DNA of 63,995 bases, filler included, from Circinaria calcarea (taxonomy: Eukaryota): assembly GCA_051942165.1 (NCBI GenBank). It is 11 parts of 11 records of this genome, joined end to end, with 100 filler letters (N's around TTAATTAATTAA, not from the genome) between each part and the next. Parts side by side here need not be neighbours in the genome. Positions count along the whole stretch, not along the records: positions 11,749 to 17,519 come from JAVECS010001793.1; positions 17,620 to 23,386 come from JAVECS010001794.1; positions 23,487 to 29,252 come from JAVECS010001795.1; 8 more parts are not named here. One strand, written 5' to 3'. A program made the position numbers and the translations under genes. Within the stretch, counting starts at the first letter, position 1. Each line of letters opens with the position of its first letter. The notes beneath the pieces are model-generated. The model searched no databases and was not told the origin of the DNA. It was given only the letters and a program-made list of their open reading frames with translations. Positions 11,861-24,382 of the stretch are shown piece by piece.

Positions 11861-13689
11861 AGTTTGTCTGAGAGAAGAGGTCTGAGTAAATTGTAACGAG
11901 TTTTTAAGCTGAGACTGAACAAGATCTTTGGTCGGATGTAAGAGTCTGGGGAAAATTGAATTTCTTCGCGAGGCCGCACTAGCGGCAGCGAGATCGGCCG
12001 AAAGGTTGCAGCCGCCCATCAAAGTTCACCGCCGTTCCACCGACTTTTTACTGGTACAATACCTGCTTTTCTGTCGAATAATCTACTGAATCATGTTTGC
12101 CTTCTATCCGGGATGTGGCTACTGTGGCATCATACTTCCACCCGTGCTTTTGTCTGCTGAAATTGTGATCATTTGATGCCTTCCATCGAGCGGCAAGTGT
12201 ACTGTTACTCCCCATCTAAAATGAATGGTAGAGAGTGTTCCATCAATATCTTTGGTACAGAGTTTGAGGGACTCTCAATTGGCCTATTGTCCGCAAATGC
12301 CCGATTTGGAGTAGACTCGTTCTTAAGTCAGGTTTGGCTCTTGCATCTATCCAGTCTTTAATTGTTTAGACATGAGTCGTCTCGTGTATCACGGAACCAT
12401 GCATTTTAGAATGATCCCGGGATTGAACGCGTTCTCACAGCCTTCATTTCCCTTTAAATATCCATCTATCTTACATCATTGGCTATCCACTCCTGTATAA
12501 GTCTGCATGCATATTGTTCGTGCCTAGCCTTCTTTCAATAGTCCGCTAGGGTTTGAGTTTGAACAACACTGTGTACCTTCTTTGTATTCCTACTGAGTTT
12601 TGATAAATAGTGTGTAAGGGATATCAGAGAATAAGACTTATGAAAGATGTATGACGTGAAGTACACCCGAACCGTGCTGGTAGGAGAGCTACACAGTTGA
12701 AACATCCTACAGGAGACATGGATAATCTCGGATTGGTTCGTTGCAAACTTGATGCATTCAACCACCCGGGACATTCTGTTGGGACCTATCTGCATGAGTG
12801 TCGCTCTCCCGTGCATTCCTACTTTTCCCTTGTTGGCTACTATCTGATCTGCCAAAAATGGGCTGGTTAAGTGCTTTTCCACTATTCTTTTGGTGTCTGT
12901 TTGATGCTCGATGCTGGAACCCAATAGATCAGTGTTTCTGGTCCGGTGCATTTCCGCTACTCCTTTGTTCACCGCTTAGAGCTCCGTCTCAGAATCGGCG
13001 TGTTCCTCAAATGAGCGTCTGCTGATTTGTTTTCTAAATGTTTGCTGCTGTACATGAAATTGGTGAGCTACGCGGTCAAATTCTACTATAAGAAGCCTGT
13101 ATTCCTCAATAAGTCCATAGGTCACATCCTTTCCTTCTCCTTGTGCTTTTTATAATGTTCGCTGAACATCTAACAAGTGTGGCGCTTTCCTATTTTGCTG
13201 TTTATATTATATATAAGAGAATAGCCGGAAACCAGGGCCTTTCCCAAGTCCCAGTGCGCCGGCGTATGGCACATTGACAGTCGTATCCTTCCGACAGACA
13301 ACGTCACGGCCCCATCATATATGTCTCAGCCATTGCTCCCATCAAGCAATCGCACAGCTTTTGTATCAACAATTGACGACCAGGAAACCGGTCAGATTTT
13401 CGATTTTCTAACTACCAAAGCTATTTCAGATGCGACGAAACTAGCGTCTTCGACAGCGCAGTTGGACAACGCCAACAACGGCTCTGCTGAACGTGGATGA
13501 TAAGTGTGACGAGCACTCCCAAGAATGGCAAGCTTCCAGCGAGAAATAAATGGTTTGTATTCAAGGCGTCCAGAAGCTTCAGATATCGAAGGCTCCAAAC
13601 CCTACATTTCAATGATTTGCTCAAATAGGCTCAACATCCTTTCATCTCGCCTACACCTTCCTCAAAAGCCAACCGATCCCGCATATCCC

Positions 13690-14038
13690 TATCGTCAAAA
13701 TGTCGACGAGCATAAGCGACATTAATTTTCGGATTACGGCATCACCATGTCCCCCCCCCTTTTCCGGCTCTCCGAGAGCCAGAGTATCCAATCACTTGAT
13801 CCCTGAACTCCTTCGGATAGATTACGCCAAGGGGACACTGGCGGCAGGTAACCTCCAAACTGGTCAACGATGGTTAGGAGCGGCCAGTCTCCCAGGGAGC
13901 AATTCCATCTGGCGCCGCGTAGATGTCTTCCTGGCTCCGCCGGAGGAATACGGCGCAGCTCTATGGTACTTTACTCGTAGTCCACTTTTCAATAGAGGCG
14001 TGAAGAGACTGGCGGCCAGCAAAGGATCTGACGCTTAG
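13690..14038 (+). pseudogene. Degenerate family-X DNA polymerase (Pol lambda/Pol IV-like) palm-thumb fragment
   Basis: SDINFRIT..RWLGAASLPG..WRRVDVFLAPPEEYGAALWYFTRSPLFNRGVKRLAASKG matches GDID.LIT..KWHGAS..WRRID...E.GAALIYFTG...FNRS.RLLASKKG; early stop at 14036. Confidence 0.75.
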
Positions 14039-15132
14039 CAAATAGTCACCAAAACATTATCCTCGATCTACGGCTCTGGGTTTTGGTTTCGAAGTGCAAT
14101 ATACTTGGTCTGATACGGTTTTTACAGCTTACAGAGCGGGAAGTTAGTGGACGAGGGCGGTATGGTGGAGAGTGGGAATGTAGGAGGGTAAGGATGAGGG
14201 GAGGAGCTAGTCATGATAGAGGACATGTAAACGCCACATCAATACGCTCGTGGTAAGACCATGAGTTTTTTTCTTGGAGAGTACTCTAGCAACGTACTTT
14301 CAAGCCCAGCTTCCTTGGTATCATTTCCGATCTCATTGTGATGACTTCTCAAGCGTTCCATAAACTCCACAAAAAGTCTCCACATGGGGACCGAGGGCTG
14401 GTCGAATATTGCATGGCACGGATTTTTGGGAAGGGAACAGTTCTTGCCCATTTTAGGTTGCCACGAAATATCCCATGGGCCCCCTCGGACGTTACCCTGA
14501 CAGTAAACTGCGCAGGTCAACGTAATGCTGTTGCTTGCGGGCGGATTTACCAGCGTCCCCTCACCCCTTTTCCCAAAATCACCCCTTTGTATTCGTGTAG
14601 CGCTTGAGCTCCGTACCTCCTCATTCTGCCTCCCATGGTTTTAATTTGGAGAGTCTTGTAGAAGAGAGACGTTTCTGCTTGCACTTGAATTTGGCTCGAC
14701 CGTGTGCAAGGAAAGGAGCATCTTAGGGGTGACCAGGCAGCGTTTTCGTATGAGACATATTGAGTGACCAACCACGGAAGACCGGTGTAGACCATAGTCT
14801 TTCCCGGTCGATACATTACGATATTCATGTAAAGGATATTTTGAGCGGAGCCAGATGATAGAAGCAGCAGATATTCGATACGACCTGCTGGATACCTTCA
14901 AACACTTATAAGATTGGGTGGCGAATCGGGACGAGGATCTTTTGATGGCTTCCGCTGTAGTGCGCATGACTTTTGTTATGTAAGTATACACAATGGCTTC
15001 AACAGGTGTTCATCTAAATGCCCCACCTACCAATCTGATCTCGTTAGTAGCGATGACCCATACAAGCAAGTGCATTCTGATGACCCCATCCTCTTTCATG
15101 CCCATCGACCACGTTGAGGGCTTGGCCTTAAC

Positions 15133-16889
15133 CTACGATATGCTAGATGGATTCTTGGGTGGTCGGGTAAAGTCACTAACGGATCGAATTCCTTTATAAT
15201 ACCAATCCTGCGTGTCGCTCCCCAGAGCGGCAAGCGTCGTAGATTGATTGAATCCGTATCTTGCACCGATATAAGTCATACGACCTCTGATCCATCTCTT
15301 CTGGATTTCTGGAATACAGGACACACTTGCTGCAACAAAGAGCGGCCATACCAAGAAGTAGCCTCCAAGGGCTTGAAAGCCTCTTTGTCGTTTGAACGGG
15401 TCCGAGGGATTGAAAAGCGCATCGAAGTCCTTCCGGGAATGAACGAAGAAAGAAATTTCGGCTGATGTGGAGCTAGGTATCCCTAGATGAAATGGGATAC
15501 TGGCGCACACATCATCTACCATTTGCTGGAGAATCCTGGTCGATGAATGATACTGAAAGGTATTGACATGTCCCCAGGCGGTGGGTATTAGCCATTCTAT
15601 ACAGTTAAGCACAATAGCTTGCGCAAAGATCCGATACGTGCGATATTTGTTCCAGATGTCGGCAACCCAGACATTACAATAGCATTGCACTGGACCAGGA
15701 TAGATCTCGGTTGTTTCTGGGTGATCCAGGTCAATCATTGTAAAAGTAGAAGCACAGGTGTTGTAGTTCCATGACTCTGGGATTCCAGCTTCCCAGGCCG
15801 CAATCTCCTCGTCGACCAATTTGACCTCCTTCATCAAGCGGAGGACTTCTCCCGCTGTCTCTGCATTTATGGGCAATCCGAAAACCCTAAGCGCTGCAGC
15901 TCTAACACTTGGTAACTTCATTGCCAGAGCAGCGAGTCCATTAGCGGCATTATCTTTATGCCTCTCAAAAGGGATGTTCCAGCCTCCTGTGAGATAAAGA
16001 GATTGCTCCATAGGCTCGCAACGGGAAATGTGGTTGATCACCATTTGAGACCGTGTAGCGTAGAAGAGTTGCTCGGAGACCGGACTTTCGAAGATACTTT
16101 CGCCTCTGGCTTCTATAAGGGCAACAGCGCCATCGTTATGCTTTGCCCAGTTAGAAAGCGATCCAATATCACAGGTTAAGGACTCAAAAAGCCCGAAGAG
16201 GAGAACTGATATGAGGGTCCCGTCGCTTCTGGCTTGGATTGGGTCTGAAAGAGCCACTTTTAGTCTTGACACTGCGGCACCGTACCGCTTTCTAGACTCT
16301 GATTTTAACTCCCTCCTACCTGGGGCCACTGAAAATGCCGCCAGTGCAGTGGCAGAGGTGGCAGCGTTTAGGGGAGACCCCCTTTCAGCATTGCTGTACA
16401 GCTTCTCGAGGCACCCCATGAAACCTTGGAAGTTCGCTGGACGATTTGATGTCGCAATGTACTCCGAAAAGAAATAGCAGAGCGCCTGCTCCTCCTGAGT
16501 TTGTGGAATGGCCCTCGGTAGTTCAATCAAAGAATCTGCTAATAGGTCATTTGATCCCAATGATCCGCGCAAAGATTTAGACCGCAGAGCATCTGCATCT
16601 GATCTTACAAGGCTTGTGGACTTTTTACTTGTGTTTCTGCCGACTCTAACCTGGCTTGCTTTAAGAGATGTTTTGAAGGTTTCATCATGAAAATATAGGT
16701 TAGTTACATTTCTGTATCCAGAACAGTCTCGCTTGGATTTGATGCACTGGGAGCATGCTGGTCTTATCTCGTCGCACTAGGGGTCATACGTTAGCAAAAG
16801 AATATGGTTTGTACACCGCATCTACCTGCTTTGATTCGACGACTTCTGCAAACCTGACATCCTTTCGAGGGCTGGCCAGTATAGACCAT
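15133..16889 (-). CDS. Zn(II)2Cys6 transcription factor with fungal-specific C-terminal domain
   Basis: MVYTGQPSKGCQVCRSRRIK/CDEIRPACSQCIKSKRDCSGY across an intron (~16778-16829), continuous with the 479-aa ORF (EEQALCYFF, GGYFLVWPLFVA). Confidence 0.92.
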
Positions 16890-17619
16890 GTTTGAAAGTA
16901 CAATCGGATACTTTGTTGAAATAAAGGTGCCTCCCACTGACTAGGAGGCTTGATATGTCCTAGTGGTTCTTTGTGATATGTAATAATCAGAGGATTTCTC
17001 ATTAGGCATAATTAGAAGTATCAGATTTATTGTAGTTGAGCACTTGTTTTCACGTGGATGAGGGTATCCGCAACAAATCTTCCCTCTTCTCAACGCTCAA
17101 CGTGGATAGAACAGGTACAGGAGCAAGATATGGCTAGCAGTTTTACAAGTAGGCAACATGGCACATGGCGTGTAGTTATTAGCCTTGAGTGCGATGGTAA
17201 TAGTCGAAATGCTGCCTTGTTAGGAAATCAGCATTGATGGGATTGTCTAAGGTGGTGAGGCTCAGCGCCGAATTCGCTGTGGCTCAAAGCCTGTGGCGCT
17301 TGTCTTCTCGGGGGTATTCTACAACTCTCTCTCTCTTTTGTATATACGAAAGAATGGATTCTCACAACATCCGCCTGAAAGCTTCGGGTATAAACAAATA
17401 CCCAGGTCTGCATCCTGCTACTTTCGAGCTTTGGCACTGTGGTCCCCTGACAGACTTATAGCTAAGCAGCACGCTCAAGCGGTAGCTCGCAAGCTTGGAA
17501 AATCCGATGGACTCATCTANNNNNNNNNNNNNNNNNNNNNNNNNNNNNNNNNNNNNNNNNNNNTTAATTAATTAANNNNNNNNNNNNNNNNNNNNNNNNN
17601 NNNNNNNNNNNNNNNNNNN

Positions 17620-18655
17620 GCAAATGTCCTTCTCCCACCCCCTCCCCGGCCGCCAATCTTCTCTGCGCAGCCGCCTGCGGATCATCCTCAACCCCACCCG
17701 TGACACTCGAAGCCGGCACCGACGCCGGCATCAGATTCGGCCCCAACTCAAGCGCCGCACTATGCACCGGTTCCATACGTGGCTGCCAGTCGCGCAGGTC
17801 CTCCTCGGCGTCCTGGAGGACCTGGCGCGCTTGGTGTGTGTTGTCGAAGGCGGGACGTGTGTCGCCGGGGACGATGGGAGTGTCGTCGAGGAGGTTGAGG
17901 AGACGGCGACCGTGGCGGGCGAGGATGATTTGTTTTTCGGCGCGTTCGATGGTCGCAGCGAAGTGGAGATCGTAGGCTTCTTTGAGTTTTTGGCGGGTCT
18001 ATGTGGGGTTAGTTGGTATGGGGTTTGTAATGGGAGGACAAGGGAACGGAGGGCACGTACGATGTTTGTTAATTGAGCTTCTGCAACCAAATTTTGCGCC
18101 TCAGCTCGTACAAGCTCCTGTTCTAACTGGACGATCTTGGTGCTTTGCGGTTCCTTGTATTTCAGCTTTTGGATCTCGTCGGCGACCTTGGCCTTGTGAT
18201 CTCTACTCGGCTGGACGGAGCTCTCAGTGTTTCTGATCTGTTTCAAGATCCCGCGATATTCTTCCAGGTTCTGGGCAAACGAATCTTCCTGCTCTCCCAG
18301 TTCGGCCAGGAGAACTCCCAACTTATCGGAAATGTCCGAGATCGAATCATCGCCCGTGGCTTCCCCCCAGTCGGAAAGCTGCGAGGCAATGGCGATACGC
18401 TCGCGACTAGCGGATTCGTAGGCGCCGATGGCATGATTCTCGCTCTTGATGATCTTGTAGAGCTTCTTGCTTAGCTCGGGCTGCTGGATGCCACGAAGGG
18501 AAGCCATGGTAAAACGATGCTTCGGGGCACTCTTCTCGGAGCCGCCGGCGGTCGAGGCATTGTCCTTCTTGGACCGTACGGACAGAGAGCGATTGAGATT
18601 CCTGGAGCTGGGTGAGCTTAGGACTGAGATAAGGTAACGAAGAGATTACTTACAT
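17620..18655 (-). CDS. Eisosome BAR-domain protein of the Pil1/Lsp1 family (PilB-like), 3' truncated
   Basis: QQPELSKKLYKIIKSENHAI..QLSDWGE..DDSISDISDKLGVLL..LKQIRNTESSVQPSRD..LEQELVRAEAQNLVAEAQLTNI; start codon split AT|G by intron 18602-18653; second intron ~18001-18060. Confidence 0.92.
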
Positions 18656-18885
18656 TTTGAGTCAAGTACTTCAAAGGGTTTCCCCAAACTTCATAGGATG
18701 GTGTTTAGCAAGGAGCAGTCTTTGCAAGCATGCACCGAGAAATTTCTACCTAGTGTAAGTATATAAAAGAGGGTTCACTTAGTCACAAGGTCCAATCGTG
18801 GGCTCAATGGAGTTGGAGATCCTGGGGCTCTACTAGTGCGATCTTCGATAAGCTCCAAATGGCGCTGGCGCTTGTGATGGCCAGT

Positions 18886-18895
18886 ATGACGTCAT
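18886..18895. promoter_or_regulatory. Palindromic CRE/ATF site ATGACGTCAT ~230 bp upstream of the Pil1-family gene
   Basis: Perfect 10-bp palindrome containing TGACGTCA; function is inferred from consensus only. Confidence 0.4.
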
Positions 18896-19737
18896 TGTTT
18901 CAGCAAATCGACTCGAGATAGAGTTTGGAAACGCTTAATATATTATAGTTCCGATGACTTCCACATAAGCATACACTCCTGCTATTGCAACAGACACACA
19001 ATTGTGGATTTTCTCGGTGGATAGAACATTATGCGCACTCTAATGCTCGCTTATACTTCCCTCGTTAAGTATCCTCAACTGCAGAACCCAGGCCCAACTG
19101 CCTTTAAGACGTCAGGTAGGCAATTCCCTTAAGGTCCCACAGCTTCTATCCAGTAGATACTCGCGCACCGCAACACAGGACTCGAACTATATCGTTTTTT
19201 AAATTCTAAGCGTGCTTTTGATAAGGACAAGCCGCTGATTCTCTCTATTGCCTACATGAAAGTACCTCATCGTTGAAAACCGGACCACCGAGCTCTGGAA
19301 TGAGTACTTCTTCAATCAGCACACATGGGCAGTGGTATCAAATCCAGGCCAGTGTGACTTTAATTCAAAGCGTTCTGCTATCATTTCTGTGATCCCATAT
19401 CTGCCTGTAAAGGCATTCACCCGGAACACCTCCCTTGGGTTTCAACGAGATGCTGCCGCTGTAATTGTAGACATCGATGAGCTGAAGTACAACTGCGAAC
19501 TTTAGAGAAGGTGCCAATGTGGTGCAAAAAGTGCCACCTTTGTAGGAAAGTTTGAATATCCCCTAATGTGCATGCCAGGTATCTCGTAAGCAAAGACGAT
19601 GAGTAGGCGAATCCAAAGATGCCTGCCAAGTACACACTGGCTTGAAAAGCAAACCTAAGTTGGTTGAATCATGCCATTCATCCTGAGACGGAACGCCACT
19701 CGAAAGGGACTAAGTTAGTAGATAAGGCCTCCCTAGA

Positions 19738-20616
19738 TCATACTAGAATCTCTATGGGATCTCTGACCAAATTATCCCGTAAGCCGCCAACAATCGAGGC
19801 GTTGACAAGTTGAGTACCGACCACTGATCCCTCTCCGAGCTTGAAGGTTAGGAGACGCCATGCCATACCCAAGACAGCCATCCATCCCTCAGTCCGACGA
19901 CGAATTCCAGCGTAGCTTGACTCAAAATCATCGTATGTGAGTAGGTCGCATCCGTGGCCAGCATGAAAATGTCCAAAGACGTGTAAGGCAGGGCGAGTTC
20001 TCCAGAGCTCCTTCAGTAATCCTTCATCGCCCCAGCCATCGATATCTAGGTGGAAGCGTGGAGGCATGTGTGTGATGAGGACGTCCACCTCTTGCGGAAT
20101 CTTCCCTGACCAAAAGTCTTTTGCTGCTGGATATTGAAAAGCCCAGTTTCCATGCTCCCTCGTCCATGGACTACCGTAAATGTTGAGCGTACGTCCATTT
20201 GGGATCCTTATGGTCACTGTGGAATCTTGAAGGTAAATGAGTCCATTCCAATCAAGCTTATCTCTCTCTCGGGACTCTAGCGCGCGATCATGATTTCCAG
20301 CAATGAAGATTTTGTAGTGGTGTGGCTGGAGCTTCAACCAATCTAGTTGCGGCTGAATCTCCCCGATACTCCCACAGTGCGACAAGTCACCTGCGTGGAC
20401 GAGTACATGACCGTCGGGAATCTTTGGTTGCGAGGTATGGGTATCCGAAATACAAATGATTTTGATAGGGGATGGATGCTGCCGGGAGACCGGATGCCGT
20501 AGGTGGTATATCGTTTGTGCTATCGTCTCCAGGGGCGATGTACAGAAACGAAGCCACCATGTTGGCTCTGGACGGCTCAGAAGGTCACCCAGCGGTCCTC
20601 TAGGTGATCTGAACAT
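19738..20616 (-). CDS. Calcineurin-like metallophosphoesterase (MPPED/239FB-like)
   Basis: Motifs CISDTH, HAGDL, IAGNHD, ITHMPP, VFGHFH in a 292-aa intronless ORF. Confidence 0.92.
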   Translation of the reverse strand: MFRSPRGPLGDLLSRPEPTWWLRFCTSPLETIAQTIYHLRHPVSRQHPSPIKIICISDTHTSQPKIPDGHVLVHAGDLSHCGSIGEIQPQLDWLKLQPHHYKIFIAGNHDRALESRERDKLDWNGLIYLQDSTVTIRIPNGRTLNIYGSPWTREHGNWAFQYPAAKDFWSGKIPQEVDVLITHMPPRFHLDIDGWGDEGLLKELWRTRPALHVFGHFHAGHGCDLLTYDDFESSYAGIRRRTEGWMAVLGMAWRLLTFKLGEGSVVGTQLVNASIVGGLRDNLVRDPIEILV

Positions 20617-21731
20617 TAGCTGTTGTTGATTCTGGTAAGTTGGTAGGTGAGGGCCTCCAAGGGGGTTTTAGATATATCTGCGTGGCTTCTTGCATTTACC
20701 TTGGCACTGATGAGACAACATCTGCTCATGGTAGTCCATGATCTATAGAGAAGCGAAAACATGCTAGCAAACATTACCCGAGACTAGGCCGCGCCGTCCT
20801 TGCCCTAAACACTAGCGCCACTCTGGGTTAGCATGTGGCCAAGACCTTTTACATATTTGAGGAGTGAGGAGTCTAATTTCGATTCATCATCATCCTCTTA
20901 GGCTGGTAAGGTACATGTATGGAGTAAGGTACTCAAGAAGGCACGCAGCTTAATACTCAATGAAAGGTTGCTGGATGCCCAGGCGGAAAAAAGGCATAAA
21001 AACATCATCCAGGGTTCTGACTATTGACGAGAAATAACTGAACTCTGAAGGCCGTGGAGTGCCTCTCCATAGCTCGTGCCATCAACACGGAGTGGTCACT
21101 TTCGAATGCTATCGAGTTCAAAGGATAATAGACTGTCAATGGAGAGGCTTGCCTTAGGTCGTAGTAGAACTAATCATCCTCCATATTGGGGAGTCGTTAT
21201 TCTTGTACATCTAGATCTTGAGTCATGATTGATGATAAGAAACTCTACAAACCTGAATGATTTGCGCATGAGGTCTGAGTGGGGATTCCACCTCAACACC
21301 ATATCGTATTCCCCCTAATTCTGTACTCCCTCGACTTCGAACAAGGCCCTATGGCATAGGCTACGGACCCCTGCCGCCAAGTTAGCGGGCGTTTGCGTTT
21401 AGCCCTGAAACCAGATTTACTCTGCGCCTATTGGACGATCATTGTGGAGATTACAGGCATGGAGATAGTTCCCCCCGGTCGGAGCAGACATCCCCCACAT
21501 TCTTCGCCTTCCTCATCGAAAGATTTCCGACGCTAACGCCGTCTCGCAGTGAAGGTATTCGGTGCACGTCCGACGCAGGTCGAGATCATAATTCATCTCT
21601 GCATGGGTCACCTGCAGGTCACCAGGCAATGTTAAATGTGAATGCTTTGAGCAACATAGAATAACCTAAGTTCCTCCTCTACTCCTGTTTCCTTTGTCAA
21701 CTTTGAACGCTGTCGGAGAGACTTGTTCAAG

Positions 21732-23386
21732 ATGATTTCCTTGATTTACCTTCTTCTTTGGGTTTGCTCCCTACAAACCTCTTCTGCTACTGTCTGGCCG
21801 CAGCCAGTAACATTTCATAATGGTTCGGAAGTCCTGTGGTTTTCCAAAGACCTCACCGTCACGTATCAGTCCGCCTCGGCCTCGAGGAGTCAGAGAGCTT
21901 TGTTTCCCGCGTTTGAGACCTACCTTACACCGTTTCCTGATAGTGCTCTAACTGACTTTAGATCGAACAACTACTACCGACGGCAAGCCCTTACCAATGG
22001 ATCGGGCGTTCCTCACGATATCTTGGACGTCGCGGTCGACAATATGAAGACAAACGTACTGCAGAACTCCTTGGTGCCATACAGATTCTACCCGAAGAAC
22101 GCAAACTTCGATCCTGCAGCAGATGGGAGGAAAACTTTTATCAATCACATAACGTTCGTAATGGCAGAGAACGGCAACCTTACGAGTAACCAAACGGACG
22201 ACCAAGCCATTTCGGATGAGTGCTACTCGATTGATATAACGAGTGCCGGTGACGTGCTCATCAACATTAATACCCAGATTGGAGGTGTTCGAGCACTTGA
22301 GACTTTTACCCAGCTCTTTTATGCATGCTCCAACGCGCTTGCAGACGTATATACTCCGCTTGCTCCCGTTCACATTGAAGATTGTCCGGCGTTTGCGCAC
22401 AGGGGCATCAACCTGGACATTTCGAGGAACTACATGAATCCTGCGGACGTGATACGCGTGATCGAAGCCATGTCTTTCAACAAATTCAACCGCCTGCATT
22501 TACATGCTGCAGATGCGCAGTCTTGGCCTCTTGAAATTCCTGCTCTTCCCGATTTGGCTGTCAAAGGATCCTATAATAACATGATTTGGAGTGTCAGCAT
22601 GCTCAATCAAGTACAAACGTTCGGATACTATCACGGCGTTCAGGTCTACCTGGAGATCGACACACCCGGACATACAGCTTCAGTTGCGTATGCCTACCCG
22701 GATCTCATCGCGGCATTCAATCAACAACCGTGGGACAACTACTCAGCCGAACCGCCCACAGGCCAACTCAAACTAAACTCCCCAGCGGTAACCACCTTCA
22801 TCACAACTCTGCTCAACGACCTCCTCCCTCGCGTCTCACCCTTCACATCCTTCTACCATACCGGTGGCGACGAAGTTAATGTAAATGTGTACGCGCTTGA
22901 CGAGACTGTTGGATCTTCTTCCCCGCAAACCATCCAACCCTTCCTCCAATCCTTTGTTTCCCACGCTCACGACCTCGTCCGCTCTCACGGTCTCACCCCA
23001 ATTGTTTGGGAAGAAAACCTCACGCCTTGGAATCTCAGCCTAGGACCCGATACCATCATCCAAACCTGGATCAGCCAAGCCTCTCTTGACGCCGCCATCG
23101 CTAGCGGTCATAGAGCCCTTTTTGGGGAGTACAATAACTGGTACCTCGACTGCGGGTATGGCCAATGGATAGATCCTAGCCCGGCGAACCCGCAATCCCC
23201 CGTCGCGCCACCGTACGCGGATTATTGTAGTCCGATGAAGAACTGGCGGCAGGTCTACTCGTACGATCCCGTGGCCAACTACACTGCCGAGCAGAAGAAG
23301 CTGGTGCTGGGAGGAGAGGTCTCCATGTGGGGGGAGCTCAACGACCCCACGAGTCTGGATTCGAAACTCTGGCCTCGAGCCGCGGC
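21732..23386 (+). CDS. Secreted GH20 beta-N-acetylhexosaminidase (3' truncated)
   Basis: Signal peptide then VWPQP; HRGINLDISRNY, LHLHAADAQSWP, EIDTPGH, catalytic HTGGDEV, WYLDCGYG, LGGEVSMWGE, WPRAA. Confidence 0.95.
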
Positions 23387-24382
23387 NNNNNNNNNNNNNN
23401 NNNNNNNNNNNNNNNNNNNNNNNNNNNNNNTTAATTAATTAANNNNNNNNNNNNNNNNNNNNNNNNNNNNNNNNNNNNNNNNNNNNGGGATTTCCCATTC
23501 CAATGGAGGGATTAGCTGTTTGTTTTTCGTGTGCGTGTTTGTGTCCGTGTCCATGGTTCATCCCGTACCGAGTATTGATGGAGGGGAGGGGAGGGGAGGC
23601 TGAGGGACAAGGAAATTTTCTTCAAAAAGGGGGCTGGCTTGAAATCATGCAAGCTTCGCAGCAAAACGGCACGGATTCATGGCTGTGTAAACATACTTCT
23701 TGTAACGGGATCACAGCAATAGACAACCTTGTATTCGTCAAGGTAGCTATCGAGCGACTAGGTAGGTAATCGGCGCAGAGACCAATACACTCTCCGAATT
23801 TTCCAAAGAGTCTTTATGGCGTCTCGTAAGGGCTTCCGCCAGTAATGGTGAACTGTATTATTCCTTCTGATAACCCTAATTTCAGACTATTCGACCACCG
23901 AGCGCATGGTAACGTCACACACGTTTCGTTCCCCATGTGAAATGCAAACAGGCAAAGCTTTAAGCAGAAGTTCGCGCTCGTCGATTTAATCCAGATAAAG
24001 ACCTTGGGGTTTTCCGAAGCTACTGAGGAAAGAGACGAAGCTTGAACAACATATCGCTATAGCCTTGGTTGGAAATGGAGCACAATGCTCAGAACAAAGA
24101 GGAGAGAGCTTGGAGACAGCCCATGGCGGTTTCGATCAAAGCCCTCATCCACGGCATCATCATATACGCGGTCATAGCTATCCTAAGCCTCCTCACAGTG
24201 ACTACAACGTTCAGTGGCCTTGTTCGGATCGAGCAATACTAACAAGGTCTGAGAGTCCTGACCCCTGCATGATGCTGACCACATAATGTTGAGCCCATAA
24301 CAAGACTTTGCAGTCCAATAAGATAGGAACCGGTCCGTAAGTACCCATATTAGCTGCTGCACGCTCGCCTAAACAAAGGTCT

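Noticed and set aside
14239..14991. Short ORFs including MVYTGLPW resembling a Zn2Cys6 start
   Set aside because: No cysteine cluster follows; no coherent gene model could be built.
23871..23879. TAACCCTAA as a telomerase RNA template
   Set aside because: A 9-mer expected by chance (another occurs near 36178); no pseudoknot or CR4/5 recognised, and only ~500 bp remain before a convergent gene.
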